Position numbers and translations under genes: made by a program. The notes under the pieces are model-generated. The model did no database searches, was not told where the DNA came from, and saw only the letters and a program-made list of their open reading frames with translations. Positions 50,163 through 58,765 of a DNA stretch of 64,000 bases are shown one piece after another. The first letter of the stretch is position 1; every line of letters starts with the position of its first letter. Source of the stretch: Pseudanabaena sp. ABRG5-3 (GTDB lineage: Bacteria; Cyanobacteriota; Cyanobacteriia; Pseudanabaenales; Pseudanabaenaceae); the NCBI RefSeq assembly GCF_003967015.1, contig NZ_AP017560.1, forward strand, positions 3,034,048 to 3,098,047, written 5' to 3'.

Positions 50163-50375
50163 TTAATGAAAAATAATCGCAAGTCCTAGCAAAGTAGCGA
50201 TCACCCCAAAAATAGTTAAAGAAAAATGGAATAAAGAAGTACTACCTTTCTTGACCATATTCCGCATAGCGAGTTTGACAAAACTGTCTTGTGGTTTACC
50301 AGCAGATTGCTTGTTAATGTTATTACTGTTATCGTTGCTAGGGATATTCGACTCGGTGTTTAAATCGCTATTCAT
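50163..50375 (-). CDS. Small hypothetical single-TM protein.
   Basis: 70-aa ORF with a polar Asn/Ser-rich N-terminus and a C-terminal TM helix. Weak support. Confidence 0.25.
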   Translation of the reverse strand: MNSDLNTESNIPSNDNSNNINKQSAGKPQDSFVKLAMRNMVKKGSTSLFHFSLTIFGVIATLLGLAIIFH

Positions 50376-50711
50376 TATTTTAGTTGTAATAATTTATCCA
50401 GATTGAAAAATGAATGTTAAATATTTTAGACAATAGGTAACCTAAGCTACATAGCTGGATTGCTATTTTTAGAATCTAAACTTCATAACTAGGGAATGTT
50501 AGTTAAAAGTTAGTCTTGTCTTGTTTATATTTCCTTAAAGAAAGTTTATCATCAACGTTAGCTACAACCTATAGAATTAATAGAATATCTTGATCTTCTA
50601 GTCAGGATAATTTAGTACAAAATCAGTATAAGTAATTTTGCTGTTGTGTAGTACAGTAAGCACAGGCAGAATTTAAATGCCGAACATAGTTAATTCAAGG
50701 AGAACATTACT

Positions 50712-50930
50712 ATGGCAGTCGAAAAAGTCAACTCTTCCTCTAGTCTAGCGGAAGTTATTGATCGTATTTTGGATAAGGGCATTGTCATTGATGCATGGGT
50801 ACGAGTCTCATTGGTGGGAATCGAACTACTATCAATTGAAGCTCGCGTTGTCATTGCCTCTGTGGAAACATATCTCAAATATGCTGAAGCAGTTGGTCTC
50901 ACAGCCTCGGCGGCAGTACCTGCTGCTTAG
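50712..50930 (+). CDS. gvpA: Gas vesicle structural protein GvpA.
   Basis: 72 aa. [63 protein letters not shown] is near-canonical GvpA. Confidence 0.95.
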   Translation: MAVEKVNSSSSLAEVIDRILDKGIVIDAWVRVSLVGIELLSIEARVVIASVETYLKYAEAVGLTASAAVPAA

Positions 50931-51424
50931 TAAGTATATCTAGCAATGCTAGTCATAAGTTACTAAACAATAGATCTATTAGCCTACCGAATTCTTCTTT
51001 GCTCCCTTCTCACTAATGAATATCTTGTTGATTTTGTAGTTTATTGTTGTTAATTTTTTATTGACAAAACAGTAAATCTTTGGCGTTGCAAAACATAGTA
51101 GTGATTTACTGGATTTATCCCGTGGAGTAGCGTCCCCGTACCTACCCTATGAGCTTTTGGACAACCACGGGGGGTTGTCCCTAACAGTTTCATTATGAAA
51201 ATAATGCAACGCCAATTTGTTAGCAGGGTATTAATATAGTGAGGAGGGATATAAGTTCTGATATTTTAATTTTTGTTTTGGTTTTTGGGTTTGACTCAGT
51301 TTATTGATGGATGAAACAGTTTAGGCGAGCAAAGTTGAGTGATCATTTTGCACGGGTAGTTTTTTATAGAGTCGAATCTATGTTGATTTGATAAATTTGA
51401 AAGAGTGAATTTGAGGATAACGTT

Positions 51425-52567
51425 ATGGCTTCTTTGATGCAAGGATTTGCAGAAGCAAGGCAGCGACGACTACAGGAACGTGCAAATTTTTTAGCTGAGC
51501 AACAGTTGGCACGACAAGAGCGAGAAAAAGCTTTACAAGCACAGTCAGAGGCTACGGCTGTATATTTGGCTCATGCTGAGCAGACTCGTCTAGCATGGGA
51601 ACAGGGTAGACAGGCGATCGCGGAAAATGCTTTGGCATCTCGACAGGAAGAACTGCAAAATCGTGCTAGTCAGGTATCGCAATATTTGCAAGATCTCAAT
51701 TCAAATCGTGTGCAGCAAGCTACCGAAGATAGCGAAGAACGCGCCCAAGAAGTTAGAACTCGCACCTTTAAAACGCGATCGCAGTTAAAACATATCCACA
51801 AAGCAAGGATTCGGACGGGGAAAGCGGATCGTGATCAACGACAACAACTAACTCAAGAGAGAGCCGCTTTTACACAAATGCAGATCGAAGATATCAACAA
51901 GGCTCGCTTGGCTAGTGCTAAGGCGGCGGCAGAGCAGAGATCTCAAGAGGTGCAAGCCAGAACGGCTGAAGTCTCGGCACAAATCCAAGCTACGACTGAG
52001 CAAAGACTTGCCCAAGCAAAACAAGATGCTGTCTCAAGAGCTAAAGAATTTAGCGATCGCGTGGCAAATGTCAAAACATCTTTAGAACAACTTGAAGCCA
52101 CTCGTCTTGCCGAAGCTCAGGCTCAGGCGACCAAACTAAATGATTTTCGGGCTAATTTAAGTGCTTCAGTTTGGTCAGGCTCCCGTTCTGTTGCTGCACC
52201 TCAGCCTATTGCCAAGGTATCAGCCAATAATACCTATGACAACTCCGCTAGCCTTAGCCCTAAACCGAAAAAGAAAGGTTCTAAATCGGAAAGTGTTGTT
52301 GTAGCCCCAGAGCCAGAGGTTGCCAAGCCTGTCAACCTAGAGCCTCCTAAGGAAGCTCCTAAAGAGACTCCCAAAGCCTCCAGCAAAATCGAGCAATTTG
52401 TGGTTGACTATGTGGCTCAATTATCGACAAACTCTAGCCTATTAGAAGTTGTCAACGATCGCGACACCGTCAGAGATTTACTGGCTCAAGGTGCAAACAC
52501 GCTCAAAGTCGATCCTTCTGATATCCTGAACACATTACTACAAATGGCAGAAGGCTCATCAACATGA
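51425..52567 (+). CDS. gvpC: GvpC-like gas vesicle outer-layer protein, unusually long (380 aa), with a Ser/Pro/Lys-rich distal segment.
   Basis: Sits in the canonical gvpC position between gvpA and gvpN. The N-terminus MASLMQGFAEARQ resembles GvpC starts. Gln/Ala/Arg/Glu-rich helical repeats follow. Confidence 0.55.
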   Translation: MASLMQGFAEARQRRLQERANFLAEQQLARQEREKALQAQSEATAVYLAHAEQTRLAWEQGRQAIAENALASRQEELQNRASQVSQYLQDLNSNRVQQATEDSEERAQEVRTRTFKTRSQLKHIHKARIRTGKADRDQRQQLTQERAAFTQMQIEDINKARLASAKAAAEQRSQEVQARTAEVSAQIQATTEQRLAQAKQDAVSRAKEFSDRVANVKTSLEQLEATRLAEAQAQATKLNDFRANLSASVWSGSRSVAAPQPIAKVSANNTYDNSASLSPKPKKKGSKSESVVVAPEPEVAKPVNLEPPKEAPKETPKASSKIEQFVVDYVAQLSTNSSLLEVVNDRDTVRDLLAQGANTLKVDPSDILNTLLQMAEGSST

Positions 52568-53445
52568 CCACAGTTCTCCATGCCAATGCGCGTCAATTTG
52601 TCAGCACGGACTTTACCAAGCAAATTGTCCGTCGGGCGTTACGCTATTTACAATCAGGCTTTGCAATTCATTTGCGAGGACCTGCTGGTACGGGCAAAAC
52701 TACTTTAGCGATGCACCTTGCGGGCTTAGTTGGTAGACCAATGGTTTTGATCTATGGTGATGAAGACTTGCGATCGTCGCAATTGGTTGGTTCTAACTCA
52801 GGCTATTCCCGTAAAAAAGTTGTCGATAACTACATCCATTCAGTTTTGAAAGTTGAAGATGATCTGCGTCAAAATTGGACAGACTCACGTTTAACATTAG
52901 CGGCGAAGGAAGGATTTACGCTCATCTATGATGAGTTCAACCGATCGCGCCCTGAAGTAAATAATGTATTGCTCAGCGCTCTCGAAGAGAAGCTCATCGT
53001 CTTGCCTCCCGACAGTTCGCAATCGGAGTATGTACGAGTGCATCCCTTGTTCCGAGCGATCTTTACTTCTAATCCTGAAGAATATGCAGGGGTACATCCC
53101 ACACAGGATGCACTGCTCGATCGCATGATCACCATTAACATTGGTGAAGCGGACGTTGAAACCGAAAAGCAAATCTTGGTGAATCGGGTAGGCTTAGATC
53201 GCACCCAAGCCCTAAAATTAATCAACTTGATTCGTGGCTATCGTCGTCAAGTGCAATGCAGCAAAGCATCGAGTTTGAGAGCCTGTTTGCTGATTGGGAA
53301 GATTTGCGTTGAGCATGAAATTCCTGTCTCTGGCAAAGATGATGACTTCCGCGCACTGTGCTTTGATGTGTTGATTTCTCGCTATGGTAGTGGTGAGCCT
53401 GAGTCAGAACTTGGACTCGCTAAATTATTGGATCAAATACCTTAA
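52564..53445 (+). CDS. gvpN: Gas vesicle AAA+ ATPase GvpN.
   Basis: Walker A LRGPAGTGKTT and Walker B LIYDEFNRS. CbbQ/NorQ/GvpN-type. Overlaps the gvpC stop by 4 nt. Confidence 0.9.
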   Translation: MTTVLHANARQFVSTDFTKQIVRRALRYLQSGFAIHLRGPAGTGKTTLAMHLAGLVGRPMVLIYGDEDLRSSQLVGSNSGYSRKKVVDNYIHSVLKVEDDLRQNWTDSRLTLAAKEGFTLIYDEFNRSRPEVNNVLLSALEEKLIVLPPDSSQSEYVRVHPLFRAIFTSNPEEYAGVHPTQDALLDRMITINIGEADVETEKQILVNRVGLDRTQALKLINLIRGYRRQVQCSKASSLRACLLIGKICVEHEIPVSGKDDDFRALCFDVLISRYGSGEPESELGLAKLLDQIP

Positions 53446-53783
53446 TGTCTCAAGCGATTAAATCTCAAGCAATAAACACTAGTACAACTGGCTCTTCCCT
53501 TGCCGATATTCTGGAAAGAGTATTAGACAAGGGCATTGTCATTGCAGGTGATATCACAGTGTCCGTGGGCAGTGTGGAGTTGTTGAGTATCAGAATTCGG
53601 TTGCTAGTAGCCTCGGTAGATAAAGCGAAGGAAATCGGGATTAACTGGTGGGAGTCTGATCCCTATTTGTCTTCAAGAACACAGGAACTTCTTGCCTCTA
53701 ATCAACAGTTATTAGAGCGTGTCAATCTATTGGAAAGAGAATTAGCCGCAGTTAGACAATTAGAGGGAAATCAAGAAAAGTAG
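53445..53783 (+). CDS. gvpJ: Gas vesicle protein GvpJ (GvpA/J/M family).
   Basis: SLADILERVLDKGIVIAGDITVSVGSVELLSIRIRLLVASVDKAKEIGINWWE has a GvpA-like core with a C-terminal extension. Confidence 0.8.
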   Translation: MSQAIKSQAINTSTTGSSLADILERVLDKGIVIAGDITVSVGSVELLSIRIRLLVASVDKAKEIGINWWESDPYLSSRTQELLASNQQLLERVNLLERELAAVRQLEGNQEK

Positions 53784-53862
53784 CTTAATAAAGTTTTGAA
53801 GATTTCAATTTGCCATAGGCAAATTGAAATCTTCAAAACTTTATTGGGCTTAATTTTGGTGT

Positions 53863-55071
53863 TTACACTGTGGAGTTTATGAACTTCTTTAAACAGATTA
53901 AAGAAATAGCTAAGGCAAATACGCTCAAAAATGCTCCATAAATAACAGGAATTTCTCCTAGTGCAATGGCAACACTTGCAAAAATTGCGGTTGCTAAACC
54001 ACTGCCGCCAAAATATAACCCTGTACCAAAGCCCGCTTGATTTGGCGGAACCATCGCTAAGGCTAAGGGAATTGTATTAGTTAAAACTAAACCTAGCGCG
54101 ATAGAAGCGATCGCACTTATCAATATTAAATAAATTCCATTTTCGCTCAGTAAGCAAAGCGTAAGACAGCCAGCAATTATGGTTAATCCCCAGCCCATGC
54201 CAAAGGCTGCCTTCTGTCTACCAAATAGCGATCGCAAAGGTAATGTCGCCAAACCAGCAATTAACAGAATTCCTGATTGAGAATATTCCACTGCAAGATG
54301 ATCAATTGCTGCAAAAAGATGATGGGGGAGGATATGGAGTAGTAAATTAATTTCTAAGCCAGAGCCTAGACCAACGGCAAAGGGCAAGCTGTAGGCGATC
54401 ACCGAATTTGGCGTTAAATTTGCGATGGTAGGTTCGGGACTTGTTGTCGTAGCTAAATGTCTGGGCATGGATGACCATAGCAGCACTGAACCAATTAAAA
54501 GCGCGATCGCTCCCAAAATAAAAGTGAGGGAAGCACCAAGCTGTTTGAGGATGAGTCCTAATATGGGACTGGTGGCGCTCGTAACTGCCAAAACGAGAGC
54601 TAAAACGGAATTAGCTTGAGGTAGTTGACTCGTTGGCGCAAATCCTTGAAGTAAAGCGATCGCGGGTCCACGAAAGATAATCATGGCGATTACCCAAATT
54701 GTCATCATTACTGGCACAATCCAACGCAGGTGCTCCGCAAGCTGCACTTCGACTAACCAAGAAACAATCACAAAGATTAGCCCTGCAAGGGTCACACCCA
54801 CAACAACCTGTGGCAAACGACTCCCAAATCGACCAAGAAGGTGATCGGAAAACCAGCCGACAATTGGTTCCACAATTGCGCCTAGTAATCCCTGAAGAAT
54901 GCCTAGCCATGATGCTAAATCCACAAATCCAATCTTTGCCAAAATTCTCGGCTGATAAAATCCGTAAGCAATCCAGCTAAAGGTAATTGCAGCTAATAGG
55001 GCTGCGAGTCCCCAGACTTGTCGCCAAAGAATTTTAGTCGGAGGACTTGGGAAAGCAGTAGTTTGCAGCAT
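53863..55071 (-). CDS. Major facilitator superfamily transporter.
   Basis: 402 aa with about 12 TM helices, and a D/R-containing loop motif between TM2 and TM3 (GWFSDHLLGRFGSR). Confidence 0.8.
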   Translation of the reverse strand: MLQTTAFPSPPTKILWRQVWGLAALLAAITFSWIAYGFYQPRILAKIGFVDLASWLGILQGLLGAIVEPIVGWFSDHLLGRFGSRLPQVVVGVTLAGLIFVIVSWLVEVQLAEHLRWIVPVMMTIWVIAMIIFRGPAIALLQGFAPTSQLPQANSVLALVLAVTSATSPILGLILKQLGASLTFILGAIALLIGSVLLWSSMPRHLATTTSPEPTIANLTPNSVIAYSLPFAVGLGSGLEINLLLHILPHHLFAAIDHLAVEYSQSGILLIAGLATLPLRSLFGRQKAAFGMGWGLTIIAGCLTLCLLSENGIYLILISAIASIALGLVLTNTIPLALAMVPPNQAGFGTGLYFGGSGLATAIFASVAIALGEIPVIYGAFLSVFALAISLICLKKFINSTV

Positions 55072-55139
55072 TAGTCGCGATATTTATAATTAGTAAAATC
55101 TTTGGGAAGTATTGCTTTGCAATACTTCCCAAGTTTTAT

Positions 55140-55796
55140 TTAAACTTTAAGAATCCAATCATTGCGAGTATCTTTGCTCACAAAAGCGGCAGGAACAACA
55201 TTCAGTGAAACACCTAGAGATTGGAATGCGGCACGAATTACTGTGGCATGGGAAGCTTCAGTAGAACCAATACTTGCGCCTGCGATGATGAGATCGGGAT
55301 TCTTGAGAGTAGCCACTTCTCGACCATAGGCGATCGCAGCATCGACCTCTAGCGCAAGGGCAAGCTTCGCAATATTCACATCGGAATCTAAATTCCCCTC
55401 ACCTCTCTCAATGTAGGGAGTAACGGTTTTCAGATATTCCATCTTCGCAGTTACAGGTGTACCACCTAGCTGCTTCACAACACTCGCGAGTAAGTCACGA
55501 TGGGCTTTGTGATCGGATTGGTTCGCTAAAGCGATCGCCAAAACTGCCTTACCCACGTTGCTATCAGTGAGTTTGCCTGCGGCAAATCCATAAGCCCAAA
55601 TTGCTTGATGTTCATAAAATAAAGCCTTATTAAGTACCTTGATGTCATTAGCCACATCACCCTTAGGTTGCGCCATCACCGCAGGAACAACTGCGGTACT
55701 AGCCGCAATTCCCATTGCTCCAAATAACCCAGCTTTAATTAATTCGCGGCGCGAAGCGGAACGAGAAGATCTTTCTGTTCTAGACATGGTTTTCAC
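55140..55796 (-). CDS. Tat-secreted ferritin-like domain protein.
   Basis: Twin-arginine signal SRRELIKAGLFGAMGIAASTAVVPAVMA, followed by a helical domain with ferritin-like residue spacing (E..H). Divergent from the ECF sigma gene. Confidence 0.5.
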   Translation of the reverse strand: MKTMSRTERSSRSASRRELIKAGLFGAMGIAASTAVVPAVMAQPKGDVANDIKVLNKALFYEHQAIWAYGFAAGKLTDSNVGKAVLAIALANQSDHKAHRDLLASVVKQLGGTPVTAKMEYLKTVTPYIERGEGNLDSDVNIAKLALALEVDAAIAYGREVATLKNPDLIIAGASIGSTEASHATVIRAAFQSLGVSLNVVPAAFVSKDTRNDWILKV

Positions 55797-55932
55797 CAGA
55801 TAATATATAGTTAAAAAATCAGTTGTAGCTAGTCAGCGAGGGTTTTGAGTTTTCTTTTGCCTATGGCAAAAAAAGCTCTTAGAGATGATTGAAAATCGCT
55901 GATTCAAATAGGAATACGAAGAGGATCTGATC

Positions 55933-56535
55933 TTGGATTCATGCGATCGCAAATTTCTTAAAATAGACAGTGAAAGCAAGCGAGATGAACTTACCCTCAT
56001 TAGTCGCATTGCTGAACAGGATCAAGCCGCCCTATCGTTACTCTACGATCGCTATGCCAAAGTGATTTATACGATTGCCTATAAAATTCTTAATTCTTCA
56101 GAGGAATCCGAAGAGATCGTTTTAGACGTATTTACTCAAGTATGGAGAATTGCCAAAAACTACAATTTCCAAAAAGGTAGAGTAGACACATGGCTCTTCA
56201 TGCTTACGCGCAGCCGCGCTTTGGATCGTTTACGCAGTCATACAAGGTTTGACAAAGCAGTGGCAGCTTCTGAAGATGCCCTCAAGATACATTCACACAC
56301 CGATAGTCCTGAAGAAGATGTTTTGCTGCAAGAGCGAAGATCCTATGTTAAAAATTGTTTAGCGGAACTCCCCCAAGAACAACGTTTAGTTTTAGAACTT
56401 GCCTACTTTAGCGGACTTAGCCATAGTGAAATTGCTGCGAAAACAGGTATTTCTCTGGGCACAGTGAAAACTCGCATTCGTCTGGGACTAAAAAAATTAC
56501 GCGAAGCGATCGGTGATGAGTGGTTTAGCTTTTAG
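55933..56535 (+). CDS. ECF-type RNA polymerase sigma-70 factor.
   Basis: Region 2 (LYDRYAKVIYTIAYKIL...) and region 4 HTH (SGLSHSEIAAKTGISLGTVKTRIRLGLKKLR). Confidence 0.85.
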   Translation: MDSCDRKFLKIDSESKRDELTLISRIAEQDQAALSLLYDRYAKVIYTIAYKILNSSEESEEIVLDVFTQVWRIAKNYNFQKGRVDTWLFMLTRSRALDRLRSHTRFDKAVAASEDALKIHSHTDSPEEDVLLQERRSYVKNCLAELPQEQRLVLELAYFSGLSHSEIAAKTGISLGTVKTRIRLGLKKLREAIGDEWFSF

Positions 56536-56576
56536 GGAAATCTAACCATAACCACCAACGAAAATATCAACAAAGC

Positions 56577-56624
56577 CAAAAACTAACAGCCAATAGCTAA
56601 CAGCCAATAGCTAACAGCCAAAAA
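56577..56624. repeat. Heptamer tandem repeat AGCYAAY (same family as 21421-21476) between the sigma and anti-sigma genes.
   Basis: aactaac agccaat agctaac agccaat agctaac agccaaa. Confidence 0.6.
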
Positions 56625-56640
56625 TCAGGATCTAAACTGC

Positions 56641-57195
56641 ATGAACCAAGAAGAAATTAATCATCTATTAGCATTAACAGCCATGGCAGCGATCGCTCCT
56701 GACGAAATCCAATCCGTGGAAGAACTTGCATCCGCATCACCAGAAATAGAGCAAGAACTGCGATCGCTCCAGAATACTGCGGCAACCCTCGCCTATGCGG
56801 AAACACCCTTAGATGTTCCTGCTGGTCTCAAACAAAGACTATTTAATCGCATTCAACAGGAAACAGAAGTTTTAGATTTTGTGGCTTTGCGATCGGGGGA
56901 ACTGAAGTGGAAATCTCATCCTGTCAAAGGTTTAATGATGGCTGTGTTAAAGATCGATCACCAAAAACGCGAAGTGTCAGCCTTAATTCGTGCAGACGAG
57001 GATGTTGAGTATCCATCTCATCACCATGCAACGGGGGAAGAAATTTTTATGCTCCAAGGTGAGCTAATAGATCGCGGTGTTACTTACAGATCAGGGGACT
57101 ATCTCTACTCTAAGGCTGGATCTGTTCATTCACCAACGGCGATCGCAGGCTGTATGTTTTTTGTAAAAACATCTTTAGATGATACTTTTCTATAA
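56641..57195 (+). CDS. Anti-sigma factor, ChrR-like, with a C-terminal cupin domain.
   Basis: N-terminal anti-sigma helix region. The C-terminal cupin motif is HHHATGEEIFMLQGEL...GDYLYSKAGSVHSP. It lies directly downstream of the ECF sigma gene. Confidence 0.65.
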   Translation: MNQEEINHLLALTAMAAIAPDEIQSVEELASASPEIEQELRSLQNTAATLAYAETPLDVPAGLKQRLFNRIQQETEVLDFVALRSGELKWKSHPVKGLMMAVLKIDHQKREVSALIRADEDVEYPSHHHATGEEIFMLQGELIDRGVTYRSGDYLYSKAGSVHSPTAIAGCMFFVKTSLDDTFL

Positions 57196-57198
57196 AAG

Positions 57199-57240
57199 TA
57201 TTTTTAGGATGGGCGGTGCGAAGCGCCGCCCATCCTTACC
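57199..57240 (+). terminator. Terminator after the anti-sigma gene.
   Basis: aggatgggcggtgcgaagcgccgcccatcct. Confidence 0.55.
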
Positions 57241-57314
57241 TATTGAAATATGGGCTTGCTCCCCTTCATCCTGCGGGAGAAGGGTTGGTGGATGAGGGTT
57301 CCATGTAATATCAG

Positions 57315-57956
57315 TTATTTGGCTTTACGGGATTCTTTAAGTTGATCGTCAATGCGACGCAAAACACCATTGATAAATCGATAGCCATCTTCACTGCTAT
57401 AACGCTTGGCTAGCTCGACCGCTTCATCGATCGCGATTTTACTCGCCACATTCAAAAACATCATTTCCGCAGTGGCAATCCGCAAAATATCTTTATCAAC
57501 TTGGGCGAGGCGATCAATTTGCCAATTAACTAAGGCACTACTGATAGTTTCATCAATCTGCGATCGCTTAGTATTTACAGTTTTTAGAATATCGATCGTG
57601 TAGTTACGCACTTCAGCACGTTGAGATAGTACTAGCGTTATCGGAAATTCTAGAGCTGAACCAATATTATTGATCGCATTTTTAGTGAGATTAATCGCCT
57701 CACGTACCATTCCTTCGACTGCTTGAATATCTTGGCGGATGTCACCCGTGCGAGTTTCGCTAGAAGATATGCGCTCTTGACTGCGTTGCAGTTCAGCACT
57801 AGCGGTTTGTAATAATTCTTTAGTCTCATCGTGTAGCGATCGCACAACGGCGGTAACGATGTCGTCGAGGGTTTTAGTCTCTAGCTTTTGGGATTGGCTA
57901 GGTAATTGGTTGATACTAAACAGTGCGAGTTCGCGGGCGATGTGGCGGGGTTGCAT
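57315..57956 (-). CDS. nusB: Transcription antitermination factor NusB.
   Basis: The start was taken at MQPRHIARELALFS, the typical cyanobacterial NusB start. The C-terminal DGYRFINGVLRRI is present. Confidence 0.85.
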   Translation of the reverse strand: MQPRHIARELALFSINQLPSQSQKLETKTLDDIVTAVVRSLHDETKELLQTASAELQRSQERISSSETRTGDIRQDIQAVEGMVREAINLTKNAINNIGSALEFPITLVLSQRAEVRNYTIDILKTVNTKRSQIDETISSALVNWQIDRLAQVDKDILRIATAEMMFLNVASKIAIDEAVELAKRYSSEDGYRFINGVLRRIDDQLKESRKAK

Positions 57957-58023
57957 ATGAGGAGATAAAATTAAGCCAATTGCATATCTTATCATTCACT
58001 TTACGCACTGCAACTTATAAAAA

Positions 58024-58359
58024 ATGACTCAGACCTTTACAGCTACCCTTCACCACCAAGGACAAACCTTTACTGTACCTGTCCCCGAAGATCAAGCAAT
58101 TCTTGATGCAGCGATCGCCGCAGGTGTAGATTTACCCTGTTCATGTTATGCAGGGGTATGTACAACTTGTGCTGCTCAAATTGTGAAGGGTCAAGTTGAC
58201 CAAAGCCAAGGCATGGGTATTGGCGGCATGGGTGAAGAACTAGATGCTAAGGGCTATATTCTCCTCTGCGTGTCATATCCCAAGTCTGATGTCGAAATCT
58301 ACACCGACAAAGAGCAAGAAGTATACTCAATTCGTTTTGGCTCTGGTTCTAGCAGCTAA
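58024..58359 (+). CDS. petF: Plant-type [2Fe-2S] ferredoxin.
   Basis: Cluster motif CSCYAGVCTTCAAQIVKGQVDQSQ...LLCVSYPKSD. 111 aa. Confidence 0.88.
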   Translation: MTQTFTATLHHQGQTFTVPVPEDQAILDAAIAAGVDLPCSCYAGVCTTCAAQIVKGQVDQSQGMGIGGMGEELDAKGYILLCVSYPKSDVEIYTDKEQEVYSIRFGSGSSS

Positions 58360-58765
58360 ACCCCAAATTCAGATGACTCTTTAAGCCCAAGGCACTCATA
58401 ATACTTAGCACATCGTACAAATTTTCACCCCCCTCAGTCCCCCCTTGAAAGGTGGGGAAGTTAAATCCTCCCCCTTGAAAGGGGGAGTTAGAGGGGGTTT
58501 TAAAGATGGTACATCAAGTATAAATGCCCTTAAAAATTAGGATTTTAGGAGGACTTTGGTAAATCATGATATTGCGGACTTATCTGTACAAGGTAACCTC
58601 GGAGTGAGGGATATCATTGCTATAGACGCAAAAATCTTGAGGATCAATACGCCATTTTCGCCAAGTTGTGATAACGTATTGGCACTTTCGTGCTGTCAAA
58701 ATTGACCTCGCGCATAGTCCTATCCCCAATGCTCGCCATACCTCGGTCAGCCCGCGATCGCCATT

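Noticed and set aside
50380-50700. Possible CRP/NtcA-type operator upstream of gvpA (tgtgtagtacagtaagcaca).
   Set aside because: It does not fit GTAN8TAC for NtcA, and the TGTGA-N6-TCACA fit is poor. It is too weak to call.
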